Positions 39,701 to 48,725 of a stretch of 64,000 nucleotides of DNA are shown piece by piece (positions within the stretch are counted from its first letter, which is position 1; each line of letters starts with the position of its first letter). Below the pieces are notes generated by a model that saw only the letters and a list, made by a program, of their open reading frames with translations, was not told where the DNA came from and did no database searches. The DNA is from a virus, in the IMG/VR virus record IMGVR_UViG_3300028920_000055, positions 26,052 to 90,051 of that record. The stretch is one strand, 5' to 3'. The position numbers were made by a program, and so were the translations under genes.

Positions 39701-41561
39701 ATATTTTCTATTTCAAACATTGTATTATGGCAAGGGAGCTAATTATGGCACTTTAACAGATTCTACAAGATTTCTTGGAATGGGAAATTATCCTCAAACA
39801 GCTTGGGCACCAGCAGATGGAAGTCTCAACAATGCTAAGTTTTTTGCTCGTACAGAATTACTTGACGCTTTGCAAATACCGGCAACCGACCAGATAAATG
39901 ATTGGATCATACAATCAACTTATTGTGATTGGTATAATAGAGCTGATTTAACTTATAAAACCAATCATACATATGAGATGATTAATCAAAAGCGAATCGA
40001 AGTTACAACGGCTCGAAAAGATCGTAACAACATGTTAACTACTACTAATCTCGATGTAAAGCATTATGATCATTCTGGTGGAAGTTGGGCTAATAAAGGA
40101 AATCCACCTGTTTGGCCAATTAGCGCGCAACTTGACCAGAATGATTATCTTATCGTAGCAGATGATATGAGTTTCGCTCGATTATGGATGGAAGCAACAA
40201 TAGCTGGCAATGTTAATCTTGAGTGTTATATTTCAGATGGAAATGGAGATTGGGAGGCGGTAACTTGTAGAGAAGATCCATTTTCCGGTTATCCAGCAGG
40301 AGCGCAAACTGGAATATTAGATTTTCCCATTTCTGGAAGTTGGTTCAGAGATGATATAGCTGGAAAATTCAACGATACATTTATGTTTAAAATAGTTCAA
40401 ACAGGAACAGGATCATTAACTGTTACTCGTGTTGCTCCAACAAGAAGAACTATCTGGTGGAATTATGATGATCGTTATTATACTAACGATGGAGGAGTTG
40501 GAGAGTCACGAACAGAAGATATGGTTCCGCTCGAAATGTGTTATGATTCTGTAAACGATATAACATATGGATGTATGTTAGATCAAATGACTATGGAATA
40601 TTATGTATTCGCTTTACTTGATGTAAAAAATACTCGGTTAACAGATAGTAATCAATATAGCAATACATTTATGAAACATGTACAAATATCCGATTATGAC
40701 GGTGATCAAAATATGCAACTTGTTGGATTCGCCATAGATGAAGATACTGATTATTGTTATTTTGTTGCCGCTGATCGAAGATTTAGAAGAAAATCAGCAC
40801 AATTATGGAGAGCTAAATATTCAGGCGGAGCTTGGACTGTTGAAAAACTCGATGATATTATGGCCGGAGAATGGGATTGTCCAGTAAGACTTATTGTAAC
40901 AGGTGAAAATAGAGTGTGCGGATTTACTGGTCCAAATTACGGATATTTTTGGGAATGGAGTGATCAATTTTATATAAGACTTCCTATAGCAAAATTTGGT
41001 AATAAAACTATAAAACAAGAAATTCAGGATGTTGGCCAATTACTTAATCTTGTATCATTTACAGACGAAATAGGGAAAACTATTGTAAGAAAGAGATTGA
41101 CTGAAAATCCAACTGTAGATATAGAATGGGATACTCCACATCTTAAAAGTGTAGAATTTGTAAGAGAAGCAAAAAGCCAGTTGGATGGAGTTATAGTTTC
41201 ATGGGAGCATGAAGATTTTAGCGGAGATATAAAAATTGGAGAAACAGGTCTTGGGAATGAAATGTTAGAGATAAACAATCCTCATATTTTCTTTCCTCAA
41301 ACAGCTATATTGGTTGGAGAAGAGCTGTGGAAATTTTTTGTGAAGAGGCGGAGAGAAGTTGAAGGAATATTAACATTTCTTTATCAACATCAAATGTTTG
41401 ATACAGTTCAATTATTAGCTGAATGGATCGAAAATTTAAAAAATTATAACATAGAAGAAGCTGATTTGTGGCAATTAATTCATATGACTGTATCTTGGAA
41501 GCGAAAAAACATTCGATTCGTTTTGTTAGAGAACAAGACAGAAGAAACGCCTACTTCATAA
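36747..41561 (+). CDS. Large tail tip/hub protein
   Basis: 1604 aa, beta-rich, directly after the TMP; LTVTDGTNGFSQDG.ISW..P.DW...YWIR module. Confidence 0.7.
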   Translation: MQTVSDESLVQQENQVTPVHHADCYAYKQWVGYITDTAAGSITVLGDATSFVSTGDEIIISSSNLNIDYEVESVSYNETTGETTITCDGLGDLGVNIPNGDYFYLKKDLTEYLINDGIGDIRKEFESKTFGTLRPWQVNLQFIDDGYDYLLTGTRLSPQFFFKDVYTSTVISATDVGNFTQIDLNEHTYELFNTNLLKQYEIRILNGKARNQKAKICKVSAIFKRIWVYGNFGDTIKEGDSISINMQNKFMFKIRFGMKGFPSDRLNIFFGMAYPKTITRANRRVDVIAYSFVKDWEARYAWQVSRETNRFAKIPGIKVYSYDTNLKSYGEERLVKVKYKFPDGSLQGVTGVSIKEASVDVGTKARLLRFKRPNYLQWDGGSWTQKASEADAQTLTASDSSTITVDVRPSDYPPIDTEEIIFFDAQSRMDVKVLDQGPAGIKIDDGEVVPLYSKLFRIWVDESYTAGTIADQVDMTDRANSSPIEVIPDVNANVAIYFGLTERFGAIEIKGLRQLGNAISDSTLEWEYSLSYGTDPSCFQSLTVTDGTNGFSQDGIISWEVPDDWGKKSKIGDSSDFHMYWIRLKIACGGANDLRECDEIVPYMTVLGSKQDTFTLNSDWRNFGKESIDDEVIVRKDDDGNYVLATWKQNVRAIDILDELIEESGYGVNEEIDEALIDLPSPSLNIWGKPFSAELNKPTAVAVGTGNADGYIFVAYKNVIFRLKSSDDEWKEIARCNYDYTIHSIAYFDSIDGAERNFILCIGYKDIQPPGSMSGDDYHVQPAQIMMRIDDVEGDDYFTTFDTCDDGGDIYNHDSYTDGDGLIDNLHLFRSGLSKEITISVTNYYYLACGHVNEAGAVGAANFDSEHICVPYHQLVARLNISTDPVIEAISDGDIDFDEPTLINEQTGQTSAWTPVWLDPGYGPVIWMWRSAEYSQWGDLGVRYSLGQKGGYCGVHFPGIPNPQYGIYGQKPLDVSPITWSNRPRYFLFQTLYYGKGANYGTLTDSTRFLGMGNYPQTAWAPADGSLNNAKFFARTELLDALQIPATDQINDWIIQSTYCDWYNRADLTYKTNHTYEMINQKRIEVTTARKDRNNMLTTTNLDVKHYDHSGGSWANKGNPPVWPISAQLDQNDYLIVADDMSFARLWMEATIAGNVNLECYISDGNGDWEAVTCREDPFSGYPAGAQTGILDFPISGSWFRDDIAGKFNDTFMFKIVQTGTGSLTVTRVAPTRRTIWWNYDDRYYTNDGGVGESRTEDMVPLEMCYDSVNDITYGCMLDQMTMEYYVFALLDVKNTRLTDSNQYSNTFMKHVQISDYDGDQNMQLVGFAIDEDTDYCYFVAADRRFRRKSAQLWRAKYSGGAWTVEKLDDIMAGEWDCPVRLIVTGENRVCGFTGPNYGYFWEWSDQFYIRLPIAKFGNKTIKQEIQDVGQLLNLVSFTDEIGKTIVRKRLTENPTVDIEWDTPHLKSVEFVREAKSQLDGVIVSWEHEDFSGDIKIGETGLGNEMLEINNPHIFFPQTAILVGEELWKFFVKRRREVEGILTFLYQHQMFDTVQLLAEWIENLKNYNIEEADLWQLIHMTVSWKRKNIRFVLLENKTEETPTS

Positions 41562-41573
41562 AGGGAAAGTACA

Positions 41574-42545
41574 ATGCCAAACTATCAAATGAGCCAACTT
41601 GTAGTTGGCGGAATTGGAAAGCATCGATTCTCTATTATAACTGGAAGACAACTAATAACTCCTGTAGTAAATAGATCATTCGAATCAGGTCTTGGAGATT
41701 GGAGTTATAGTGGCAACGGCGTAATCAGTAGGGTACAAGATGATGATACTTATTTCGGCGATTATTGTATGAAAGTACAAGATAATCAAGCCGGAAGTGA
41801 AGAATATGCTGATTACACTGTAAGTCTTACAGAGTCTATCGATAATAGAAAATTTGCCGTATACTTTTGGGCAAGATGTGATTCAGCCGATACTGCTCAT
41901 GTCCAATTGTATTCAGATTCTTCAGATGCTGATGATAAAGAGTTGGGTACAACCGATATTTCTTTGACTACAAATTGGAAGCCTTATATTGCTATCGCTA
42001 AAGCAAATGCTGGAGCAGATGGCACAACTCTTTATGTTCGTATAAAACCGTATGGAAGTACAGAAGGAAATGCTGGTCTTGGAACAATGTATGTAGACAA
42101 TATACAGTGTTGGGAAATTAGTTTTGATTTCTGGCTTAAACAAGCTACAAGATTTTCTCAAAATTGGAAAGAATCTGTAGATGCCGAATATGAACTTGTA
42201 AGCAGAAATTTAAAAGTATATCCCTCTGGATCAAGATACCACGCAGAGTTGTATTGGGATTATCTTGAACCGCCAGAAGAACTGGTAAAACACAAGATAT
42301 ATGCGGCTCGATACTTGCTTTTCATGCCTCATATTGATTATAATTGGGCTATACTTTGTAGGAAAGATGGAGATAATGTAAGAGATTATTTCCACGATAA
42401 ATACATAGGCCATCATGGATATATTCGATTGAAAGGATTGGAATTGCTTGAAAGCGATCCACCTGAAATTCCAGCAGGAGCCGGAGCGGGCGATATGTTC
42501 GGTTCTGGTACAGTTACTATGGACGATGTTATCATCTCTGAATAA
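41574..42545 (+). CDS. Tail protein with a carbohydrate-binding (CBM4/9-like) domain; possible distal tail protein
   Basis: N.SFESGLGDW, FWAR, LTTNWKPY, MYVDNIQ. Confidence 0.7.
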   Translation: MPNYQMSQLVVGGIGKHRFSIITGRQLITPVVNRSFESGLGDWSYSGNGVISRVQDDDTYFGDYCMKVQDNQAGSEEYADYTVSLTESIDNRKFAVYFWARCDSADTAHVQLYSDSSDADDKELGTTDISLTTNWKPYIAIAKANAGADGTTLYVRIKPYGSTEGNAGLGTMYVDNIQCWEISFDFWLKQATRFSQNWKESVDAEYELVSRNLKVYPSGSRYHAELYWDYLEPPEELVKHKIYAARYLLFMPHIDYNWAILCRKDGDNVRDYFHDKYIGHHGYIRLKGLELLESDPPEIPAGAGAGDMFGSGTVTMDDVIISE

Positions 42546-42562
42546 GGAGACAGGCCATGAAA
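42545..42562 (+). repeat. 18-bp direct repeat, copy 1 (RBS plus start)
   Basis: AGGAGACAGGCCATGAAA, identical at 47768-47785. Confidence 0.9.
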
Positions 42563-43249
42563 TTAAAAAAGATTTATGATAGCGAATTGACTAAAGAACA
42601 ACTTGATTTACTCGATAAAACATTCGAGCTGTTTCCTGATATACCGAAAGGAATGACGCAGTTTCAAATCGAACAATTTGTTTTAAATTCATCGGATTTC
42701 CCAACATGGTATTCAGTTTATCATCAATGTGTACTCGAATTGTGGACTCGATTGACTTCTGTAATGGATTCTCTTGATCATGTAAAGACAATGGAGTTAC
42801 AAGCGGAAGTTTATGAAGCAACAGCCTCAGAATTGATAGATGATGGATCCAGGAAATCTAAAGCCAGAGCAAATTTATTGGCTCACAAGGCGTCTATTCT
42901 CAGAAGGCGTGTTGTGTTTGAAAGGAGAGAGTTAGAGAGCAAGATTGAAGAAATGAAAGTGTTTGAAAGTGCCCGCAAAACTGCAGAAAAGCGTGGTAAA
43001 ATTAAGCCATATGGAGACAATGAAGCTGAAAGGATTCGCTGGTATCTGCGCTTTGTGTTTCAGAAACACCAAATGAGACGCTCTCTTGTTGCGGGCTATC
43101 AAGACGGGAAAGAAACACTTGAAGCTGTCGCTGGAGAATTAAATCAAATGACCGATGGTGAAAAGCGATTGCTCGGTGTGGATAACGGTGTAGTAAAACC
43201 AATGAGACCAACGAGGCGTGAATTTTTAAAAGAAACAAGAAGGGAATAA
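42557..43249 (+). CDS. Hypothetical coiled-coil protein in the tail-fibre module
   Basis: AGGAG RBS; FQIEQFVLN..FPT....Y.QC..EL..R followed by heptad repeats. Confidence 0.7.
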   Translation: MKLKKIYDSELTKEQLDLLDKTFELFPDIPKGMTQFQIEQFVLNSSDFPTWYSVYHQCVLELWTRLTSVMDSLDHVKTMELQAEVYEATASELIDDGSRKSKARANLLAHKASILRRRVVFERRELESKIEEMKVFESARKTAEKRGKIKPYGDNEAERIRWYLRFVFQKHQMRRSLVAGYQDGKETLEAVAGELNQMTDGEKRLLGVDNGVVKPMRPTRREFLKETRRE

Positions 43250-43250
43250 A

Positions 43251-45791
43251 ATGGCAGATAGTGGCGAAAAAGATTTTATATTAGGGGGAAATCCAGCTAA
43301 CAATGTAATGACCAATGCTGTGGAGCGTTTTAACACTTATGATAAAACGTGGACGGCAATAGCCACAACTATTGTTCGTCAAAAAGGCTATTTCAATACA
43401 GCCATGGAATTACAAGGATCGAGCGATCAATCTGTAATAGTTATGACTGATGGTTATTGGAGTGGTCCACCTGCTACTTATTATCATGAAACTGAAGCAT
43501 TTGATACATCTACAGAAACTTGTGCTTCCAAAGCAGCAAGTCCACACGGATCAGCAACAAGAATGGGCAATATTCAAGGGGCCCATACGGGGAAAACGGG
43601 ACTTCAATCTGGTGGACAGCAAGCTGACGCTTCTACGATGGATGAACAATATGAATACAGATTATTACAGGATAGTTGGATTACATTTAATAGTTTGTAT
43701 GCTGCGGTTAAGGAAGGAACCAATAGCAGATATTATTATGATACGGATTACAATACAGGCAGATTTTTACTTTTTTATGGAAGGTCAGGCAATCCAGCAT
43801 CAATTCGTAATAAATTATATGATATAGAGCTTTATTATGGAACACAGAAATATATTGGAGCAAAAAATTATACAGGATATAGAAATTCTGCGATAACAGG
43901 GCCGGATGGTCCACTTTGTACCGCTGGTCGAATTGCTACCGGTACAGACGATGGTCTCGAACACGTTGATGTTGATAGTCTTACTTTTACAACCAAACAA
44001 GATATGACTGCCAAGAGGGATAGTGGTGGAATAACACAGAATGAAGTCGCCGGAGATGCCCCATATAATAATGATGAATATTACGAATTTTTCGGTGGAT
44101 ATACCAGTGTAGATGCAAATAGGCACAATGATGTATATATCTATAGATATTCTACAAATACTTGGGCAGCTCTTGGTGCTACAATGAACACCGCTAATAT
44201 GGTTTTTGCTTATGGATCGAATCGGAGAGCGAAAACTTGGAAGCAATTAAGTGATTTGAAATTTGGATTTCTTGACGATGAAGTATTTCATAATATTTAT
44301 CAATCTGGAGCAGGATATGTTTGGCCAAGTTTAACTATGGCAGAAGAAGATGGTGAATGGCATTTACTCGGAGGATCAGGAACAGGGTGTGGAGGATTGG
44401 CAGGATATTCAAGAGAACATATGGGTTATCATGCGAGTCACGAATGTATATATTATGAAGACGGTGATACATGGTGGTCGATGTGGAGAAAAACAGCAGA
44501 TAGTACTCTACATCTTTTTAAATCTTCTAATCGAAAAGATTGGTCATTAGTATGGTCAGCAGATTGGGATAATGATAGTAGTTGTACATATTCTTTTGAA
44601 ATATCTAATCAATATCTATACATTGCTTGTAATACGATGAATACAGAACCTCTTGCTACAAGAGGAATAAATATTGTAAAATTTAATTTAGCCACAGAAG
44701 CGAAAGTGTCTACTTTACATGTTCACGATGATTCAGATACTGATGTTTGTTTATCAATAGATCGTAATAACACTAATAATATGGTTGTAACTTATAACTC
44801 CGTTGGAAGATTATATAAATATTCTACAGACGGCGGATCAACTTGGTCTGCTGAAAAAAATATGAGTAGTACTGAAAAGCCACCAGAAGAAAGTACAAGA
44901 AGTTATGCAGGAAATTCTTTTGTACATTGTTGGAACGAGCCTGCTAATGCTATATATGGAGTATTTGGTAATGATGCTCCTGGTGAAGATTATCTTGACG
45001 TATTGTATTATAGTTTTGTTGATAATTATTGGCATAATGTAGAAAAGAAAAAGAGAAATATGGTAAAATTAGTTGATATTGCTATTGATCAAAATAATGG
45101 AGATATTTATATTGGACATATGTACGGCTTGCATGATAACCAATATTGGTTCGAAGTGTGGATGTTAGATTATAGCGATAGTTGGTCTTGGACAGGATTA
45201 TCTCATAATCAAACCGCAGTATATGTAGGGATGGGCCAACCAAGATTTGGAATGGCTTGGTCAGAAAGTGTGTGGACATTTTGGGGATACCAAGTTATGA
45301 TTGGGGATCTTGCGGATGGAGCAAGATTTCAATGGGACGGTTGGTTTCCTGAATATAGTGGTGAAGGATCATTCTTTTGGGGCGAAAGTTTTATACCAGG
45401 ATATGATTTCCTACAAATAAAAAATAGTGATAATAATTTATCTATGGATGATCACCAACCATTGGTATTTAATTATTTATGGCCATATGGTAATCCATAT
45501 TATTCAGAAGATGATACTCCTGCTGGCCCTGCTATATTAATTTATAAAAATCTAATTGATAAAACTACAAGAAGGCCACTAACAGGTAAGACAGTAGTAT
45601 TGAAGGATCATGCTACTGGAAGTACTGTAGTAACAATGACTGAGCATAGCACTTATCCTGGATTGTATTATGGATCATTTCATACTCAATTCGTAAGATT
45701 TGTAGATGTATTCGTGGATGGAGTCGAGGCAACCTATTTTGGTCCAATTGCCTTGGTTCCATCCGATAAATATCCAAAATACAGGAGTTAA
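43251..45791 (+). CDS. Kelch-repeat plus BNR/Asp-box beta-propeller protein with a C-terminal prealbumin-like domain
   Basis: GG...VERFN....W Kelch repeats; YSTDGGSTWS Asp-box. Confidence 0.75.
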   Translation: MADSGEKDFILGGNPANNVMTNAVERFNTYDKTWTAIATTIVRQKGYFNTAMELQGSSDQSVIVMTDGYWSGPPATYYHETEAFDTSTETCASKAASPHGSATRMGNIQGAHTGKTGLQSGGQQADASTMDEQYEYRLLQDSWITFNSLYAAVKEGTNSRYYYDTDYNTGRFLLFYGRSGNPASIRNKLYDIELYYGTQKYIGAKNYTGYRNSAITGPDGPLCTAGRIATGTDDGLEHVDVDSLTFTTKQDMTAKRDSGGITQNEVAGDAPYNNDEYYEFFGGYTSVDANRHNDVYIYRYSTNTWAALGATMNTANMVFAYGSNRRAKTWKQLSDLKFGFLDDEVFHNIYQSGAGYVWPSLTMAEEDGEWHLLGGSGTGCGGLAGYSREHMGYHASHECIYYEDGDTWWSMWRKTADSTLHLFKSSNRKDWSLVWSADWDNDSSCTYSFEISNQYLYIACNTMNTEPLATRGINIVKFNLATEAKVSTLHVHDDSDTDVCLSIDRNNTNNMVVTYNSVGRLYKYSTDGGSTWSAEKNMSSTEKPPEESTRSYAGNSFVHCWNEPANAIYGVFGNDAPGEDYLDVLYYSFVDNYWHNVEKKKRNMVKLVDIAIDQNNGDIYIGHMYGLHDNQYWFEVWMLDYSDSWSWTGLSHNQTAVYVGMGQPRFGMAWSESVWTFWGYQVMIGDLADGARFQWDGWFPEYSGEGSFFWGESFIPGYDFLQIKNSDNNLSMDDHQPLVFNYLWPYGNPYYSEDDTPAGPAILIYKNLIDKTTRRPLTGKTVVLKDHATGSTVVTMTEHSTYPGLYYGSFHTQFVRFVDVFVDGVEATYFGPIALVPSDKYPKYRS

Positions 45792-45795
45792 ACAA

Positions 45796-47769
45796 ATGGC
45801 TTTGGGATATTTCGATACAGAAACAGGCAATGGTTGGAGAACAGGCGGTTCACGTCACGATTTCGTCTTTCCAGAGGGTTATGATACATTTATTCCACCC
45901 TGTGATCTTGTGCCTGGTAATTCTATTGTAGATAGTTATTTGGATCTACCCTATCCACAAATTCCATCTGGCGGAGAAATTATTAACAATAAGCCAAGTT
46001 TAAATCCAAATCCGAATGGTGTAGCATTTAACACAAGAATTTGGCGTCTTACGCGAGATGGTTATGATCATCCAGAATATCGTGGAGCTTGGACATTTAA
46101 TAGCGAAGTTTGCTATTGGAATAAAAATGGTACACGATTAATTTTAAAAGACTGGGATCCAGATGTAGGAATAGCCAATAAGCAATCCACTTGGCTTTTT
46201 GACGGAAATGGTAAAAGAGATCGAAAAGTTACTGTAAATAATCCAGGAGCGAATGTAGCTTGGCAACAAAGTAATTGGCGTTGGGCTTTAGCCAATTATT
46301 ATGTTGACGGTGGGAACCAATCTTTTGATCCCGATGATACATTTTATTATGTAAAAGGAGATGGAGTTTATATCTATACATTAGATGCTACCGCATCAGG
46401 ATATACCCTGCTAAAGAAATGGAGTTGGGCTGGTTACAATAGTTATGATACAGCAGGGAAAGAGGGCGACATCTCCTATGATGGTCAATATATGGTAATT
46501 GGAGCCACAAGAGCATCGGATTCAAAATATGTAATTTTTCGAATTAATCTTATTACAGGGGCGAAAAGTAGCGATAGTCATACATCAAGAGATTTATCCA
46601 CCTATCTTGATTATGCTCGTGTTTCTCCAAGCGGAGATTATGTTATAATTGCTTGGAATACCAATTACAATGATCGTAACGATATGGGAACTGAAAAGGG
46701 AATGGAAATATATGAAGCCTCCACTATGAATCGAATCCGATCTGCTTGTCCAGGCATTAATCATTGGGACATGTATATGGATGCCGATGGAGTAGATTGG
46801 GTAATTTCTAATGCTGTATTTACGCACCATGACATTCTTTTCGGATACACCAGTCCATTAATACAACCTGCTGATTTTTTCAAATGTAAGGTTGATAGCA
46901 ATTCTACGGAATCCTGGAATAATACCAGCTTGATACGAGATCGGTTTCAAGGATTGCTGAAATGGTTCGGTAATGGTACTTATCCCAATAAAACATATGG
47001 ATGTTGCCATTGCTTGAATGATCCAACTTGTATTTATATCGGCACTTGGAAGATGGATGCAAGAGGTTGGAATAGCAATCACTTTAACGAAGGATGGTGG
47101 TGGCCTCTTTACGGGGAAATTATTGAAACACCTACCAGTGGATCGGCTTTTGGAGAACATACCAATACAGCTCGAAGATTATGCCATACAAGAGCAAGAC
47201 AATTTGTTAAATATGATGGCTCGAATTATTTAACAGGGAAAGCAGCTCAGCCTGACTTTAACATCAATCGTCAAGGAACCAAGATAGTGTTCTGTTCTAC
47301 AATGGGTCAATTAGCAAGAGATGTTTTCATGTTTAATGTAAATAAAGGTGAGAATTATGATGATTGGAGGCCCGATAATCCACCCAGCGAATATGATGAT
47401 ATGGATGATCCGCCTGAAGACAGTGATCCAGATATACATGATTTTGAACCTCCACAGCCGCCCACTCCGCCGAAAAATAATAATGATTCTGATGGTCCAG
47501 GCGGAAGCGGAAACAATCAAACTCTTATCTCAGGAGATGTTAAGAAAGCCATTAAGTTATATCAAGATACTGGTGCTCCAATAGATGAAGATAAAATTGT
47601 GAAATGGAAAGACGAGGATGGTAAAGAAGTAAATGCTATTCGAGTGGATAATAGAGGAAATTATGTAGCTGGTTTTAAGAAAAGTGGTGTTCATCAATTA
47701 ATGGTTGACGATGAAGATGATGCCGAAATTGATAGTGCCGGAATAGAAACAGACGATGTTGTAGAATAG
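45796..47769 (+). CDS. TolB/oligogalacturonate-lyase-like beta-propeller protein
   Basis: IWRLT, WNKNGTRL, SYDGQY, SPSGDY, NRQGTKIVF; Pro/Asp linker; AGGAG before ATG 45796. Confidence 0.7.
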   Translation: MALGYFDTETGNGWRTGGSRHDFVFPEGYDTFIPPCDLVPGNSIVDSYLDLPYPQIPSGGEIINNKPSLNPNPNGVAFNTRIWRLTRDGYDHPEYRGAWTFNSEVCYWNKNGTRLILKDWDPDVGIANKQSTWLFDGNGKRDRKVTVNNPGANVAWQQSNWRWALANYYVDGGNQSFDPDDTFYYVKGDGVYIYTLDATASGYTLLKKWSWAGYNSYDTAGKEGDISYDGQYMVIGATRASDSKYVIFRINLITGAKSSDSHTSRDLSTYLDYARVSPSGDYVIIAWNTNYNDRNDMGTEKGMEIYEASTMNRIRSACPGINHWDMYMDADGVDWVISNAVFTHHDILFGYTSPLIQPADFFKCKVDSNSTESWNNTSLIRDRFQGLLKWFGNGTYPNKTYGCCHCLNDPTCIYIGTWKMDARGWNSNHFNEGWWWPLYGEIIETPTSGSAFGEHTNTARRLCHTRARQFVKYDGSNYLTGKAAQPDFNINRQGTKIVFCSTMGQLARDVFMFNVNKGENYDDWRPDNPPSEYDDMDDPPEDSDPDIHDFEPPQPPTPPKNNNDSDGPGGSGNNQTLISGDVKKAIKLYQDTGAPIDEDKIVKWKDEDGKEVNAIRVDNRGNYVAGFKKSGVHQLMVDDEDDAEIDSAGIETDDVVE

Positions 47770-47785
47770 GAGACAGGCCATGAAA
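47768..47785 (+). repeat. 18-bp direct repeat, copy 2
   Basis: AGGAGACAGGCCATGAAA. Confidence 0.9.
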
Positions 47786-48355
47786 ATTTTATCTACAGCA
47801 CACCCAAGAAGCGGTACGGGATATATGAGCGAATTCTACAAAAGGCTTGGGTTCGATATACCACATGAAGTGAAGATTGGTAAAGATGGGATTTCGTCAT
47901 GGAAGCATATTGCCCGATCAGATTTAAAGTGGGATTTTATCATTCACCACGTAAGAAGCCCACTTGATACAATCATTTCTTCATGGGGCTTATTGCCTTC
48001 ATCAATCAATTGGTTTATGAAACATTTGAACAGACCTGACTTAACCAAGTTAGATCGTATCAGTAGAGCAAGTGTGACTTGGCTTCTTTGGAACGAATTG
48101 ATTGAATCAAAAGAGCCGATATATACATTTCGAATTGAAGACATTGAAAAGCCTGATGTATTTAATACAATATGTAGGCTTCTTGGCATAGAGCCTCCAA
48201 AGAATTTTAAATTTCCTCCAACTAACGTTAATACAAGAAAGCATCGCCGTGAAAAAAAGGGAATTCATAACATTAGTTGGAGAGATTTAAGTAATTTGGA
48301 TATGAACATATACAGAAAAGTAAAAGCAATGTCAGAAAGGTACGGATATGGCTGA
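47780..48355 (+). CDS. Sulfotransferase-family protein
   Basis: PRSGT 5'-PAPS loop; VRSPLDTIIS 3'-phosphate motif; FRIEDI. Confidence 0.8.
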   Translation: MKILSTAHPRSGTGYMSEFYKRLGFDIPHEVKIGKDGISSWKHIARSDLKWDFIIHHVRSPLDTIISSWGLLPSSINWFMKHLNRPDLTKLDRISRASVTWLLWNELIESKEPIYTFRIEDIEKPDVFNTICRLLGIEPPKNFKFPPTNVNTRKHRREKKGIHNISWRDLSNLDMNIYRKVKAMSERYGYG

Positions 48356-48635
48356 TCCATCGAGTGTAAGATTTTGCAGACCATTTTATGATGGTATGGG
48401 AGCACCTCTCGTAGGTGCTACAATAACGCTCCGAAATGACGCCGGGACGGTAACTTATTACACTCTTATTGAAATAACCGGAGAAGATGGTTTAACCGGA
48501 GTATATTATTGTGATGTGACGGTATCAAGAAAGTACTACATATGGGTAAAAGTAAACAATTACTCAGATGCTGTTTGTATAGGTGAATGGTCTCCGCCAT
48601 TTATTCCGGCTCCCGATATAGGGGACGACATCTAA
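48348..48635 (+). CDS. Stand-alone prealbumin/carboxypeptidase-regulatory-like beta-sandwich protein
   Basis: D..GAPL.GATITL.....G.Y......Y.I.V. Confidence 0.6.
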   Translation: MADPSSVRFCRPFYDGMGAPLVGATITLRNDAGTVTYYTLIEITGEDGLTGVYYCDVTVSRKYYIWVKVNNYSDAVCIGEWSPPFIPAPDIGDDI

Positions 48636-48653
48636 ATGTAGGAAAAATTTTCC

Positions 48654-48682
48654 TTTACTTTTAAAAAATTTTTCCTTATCTT
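48654..48682 (+). promoter_or_regulatory. Sigma70-type promoter for the replication module
   Basis: TTTACT-N17-TATCTT; near-copy at 54573. Confidence 0.7.
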
Positions 48683-48725
48683 TCTAAAACCGGAAATTTA
48701 ACTTCATGGAAACCAATACATTACA

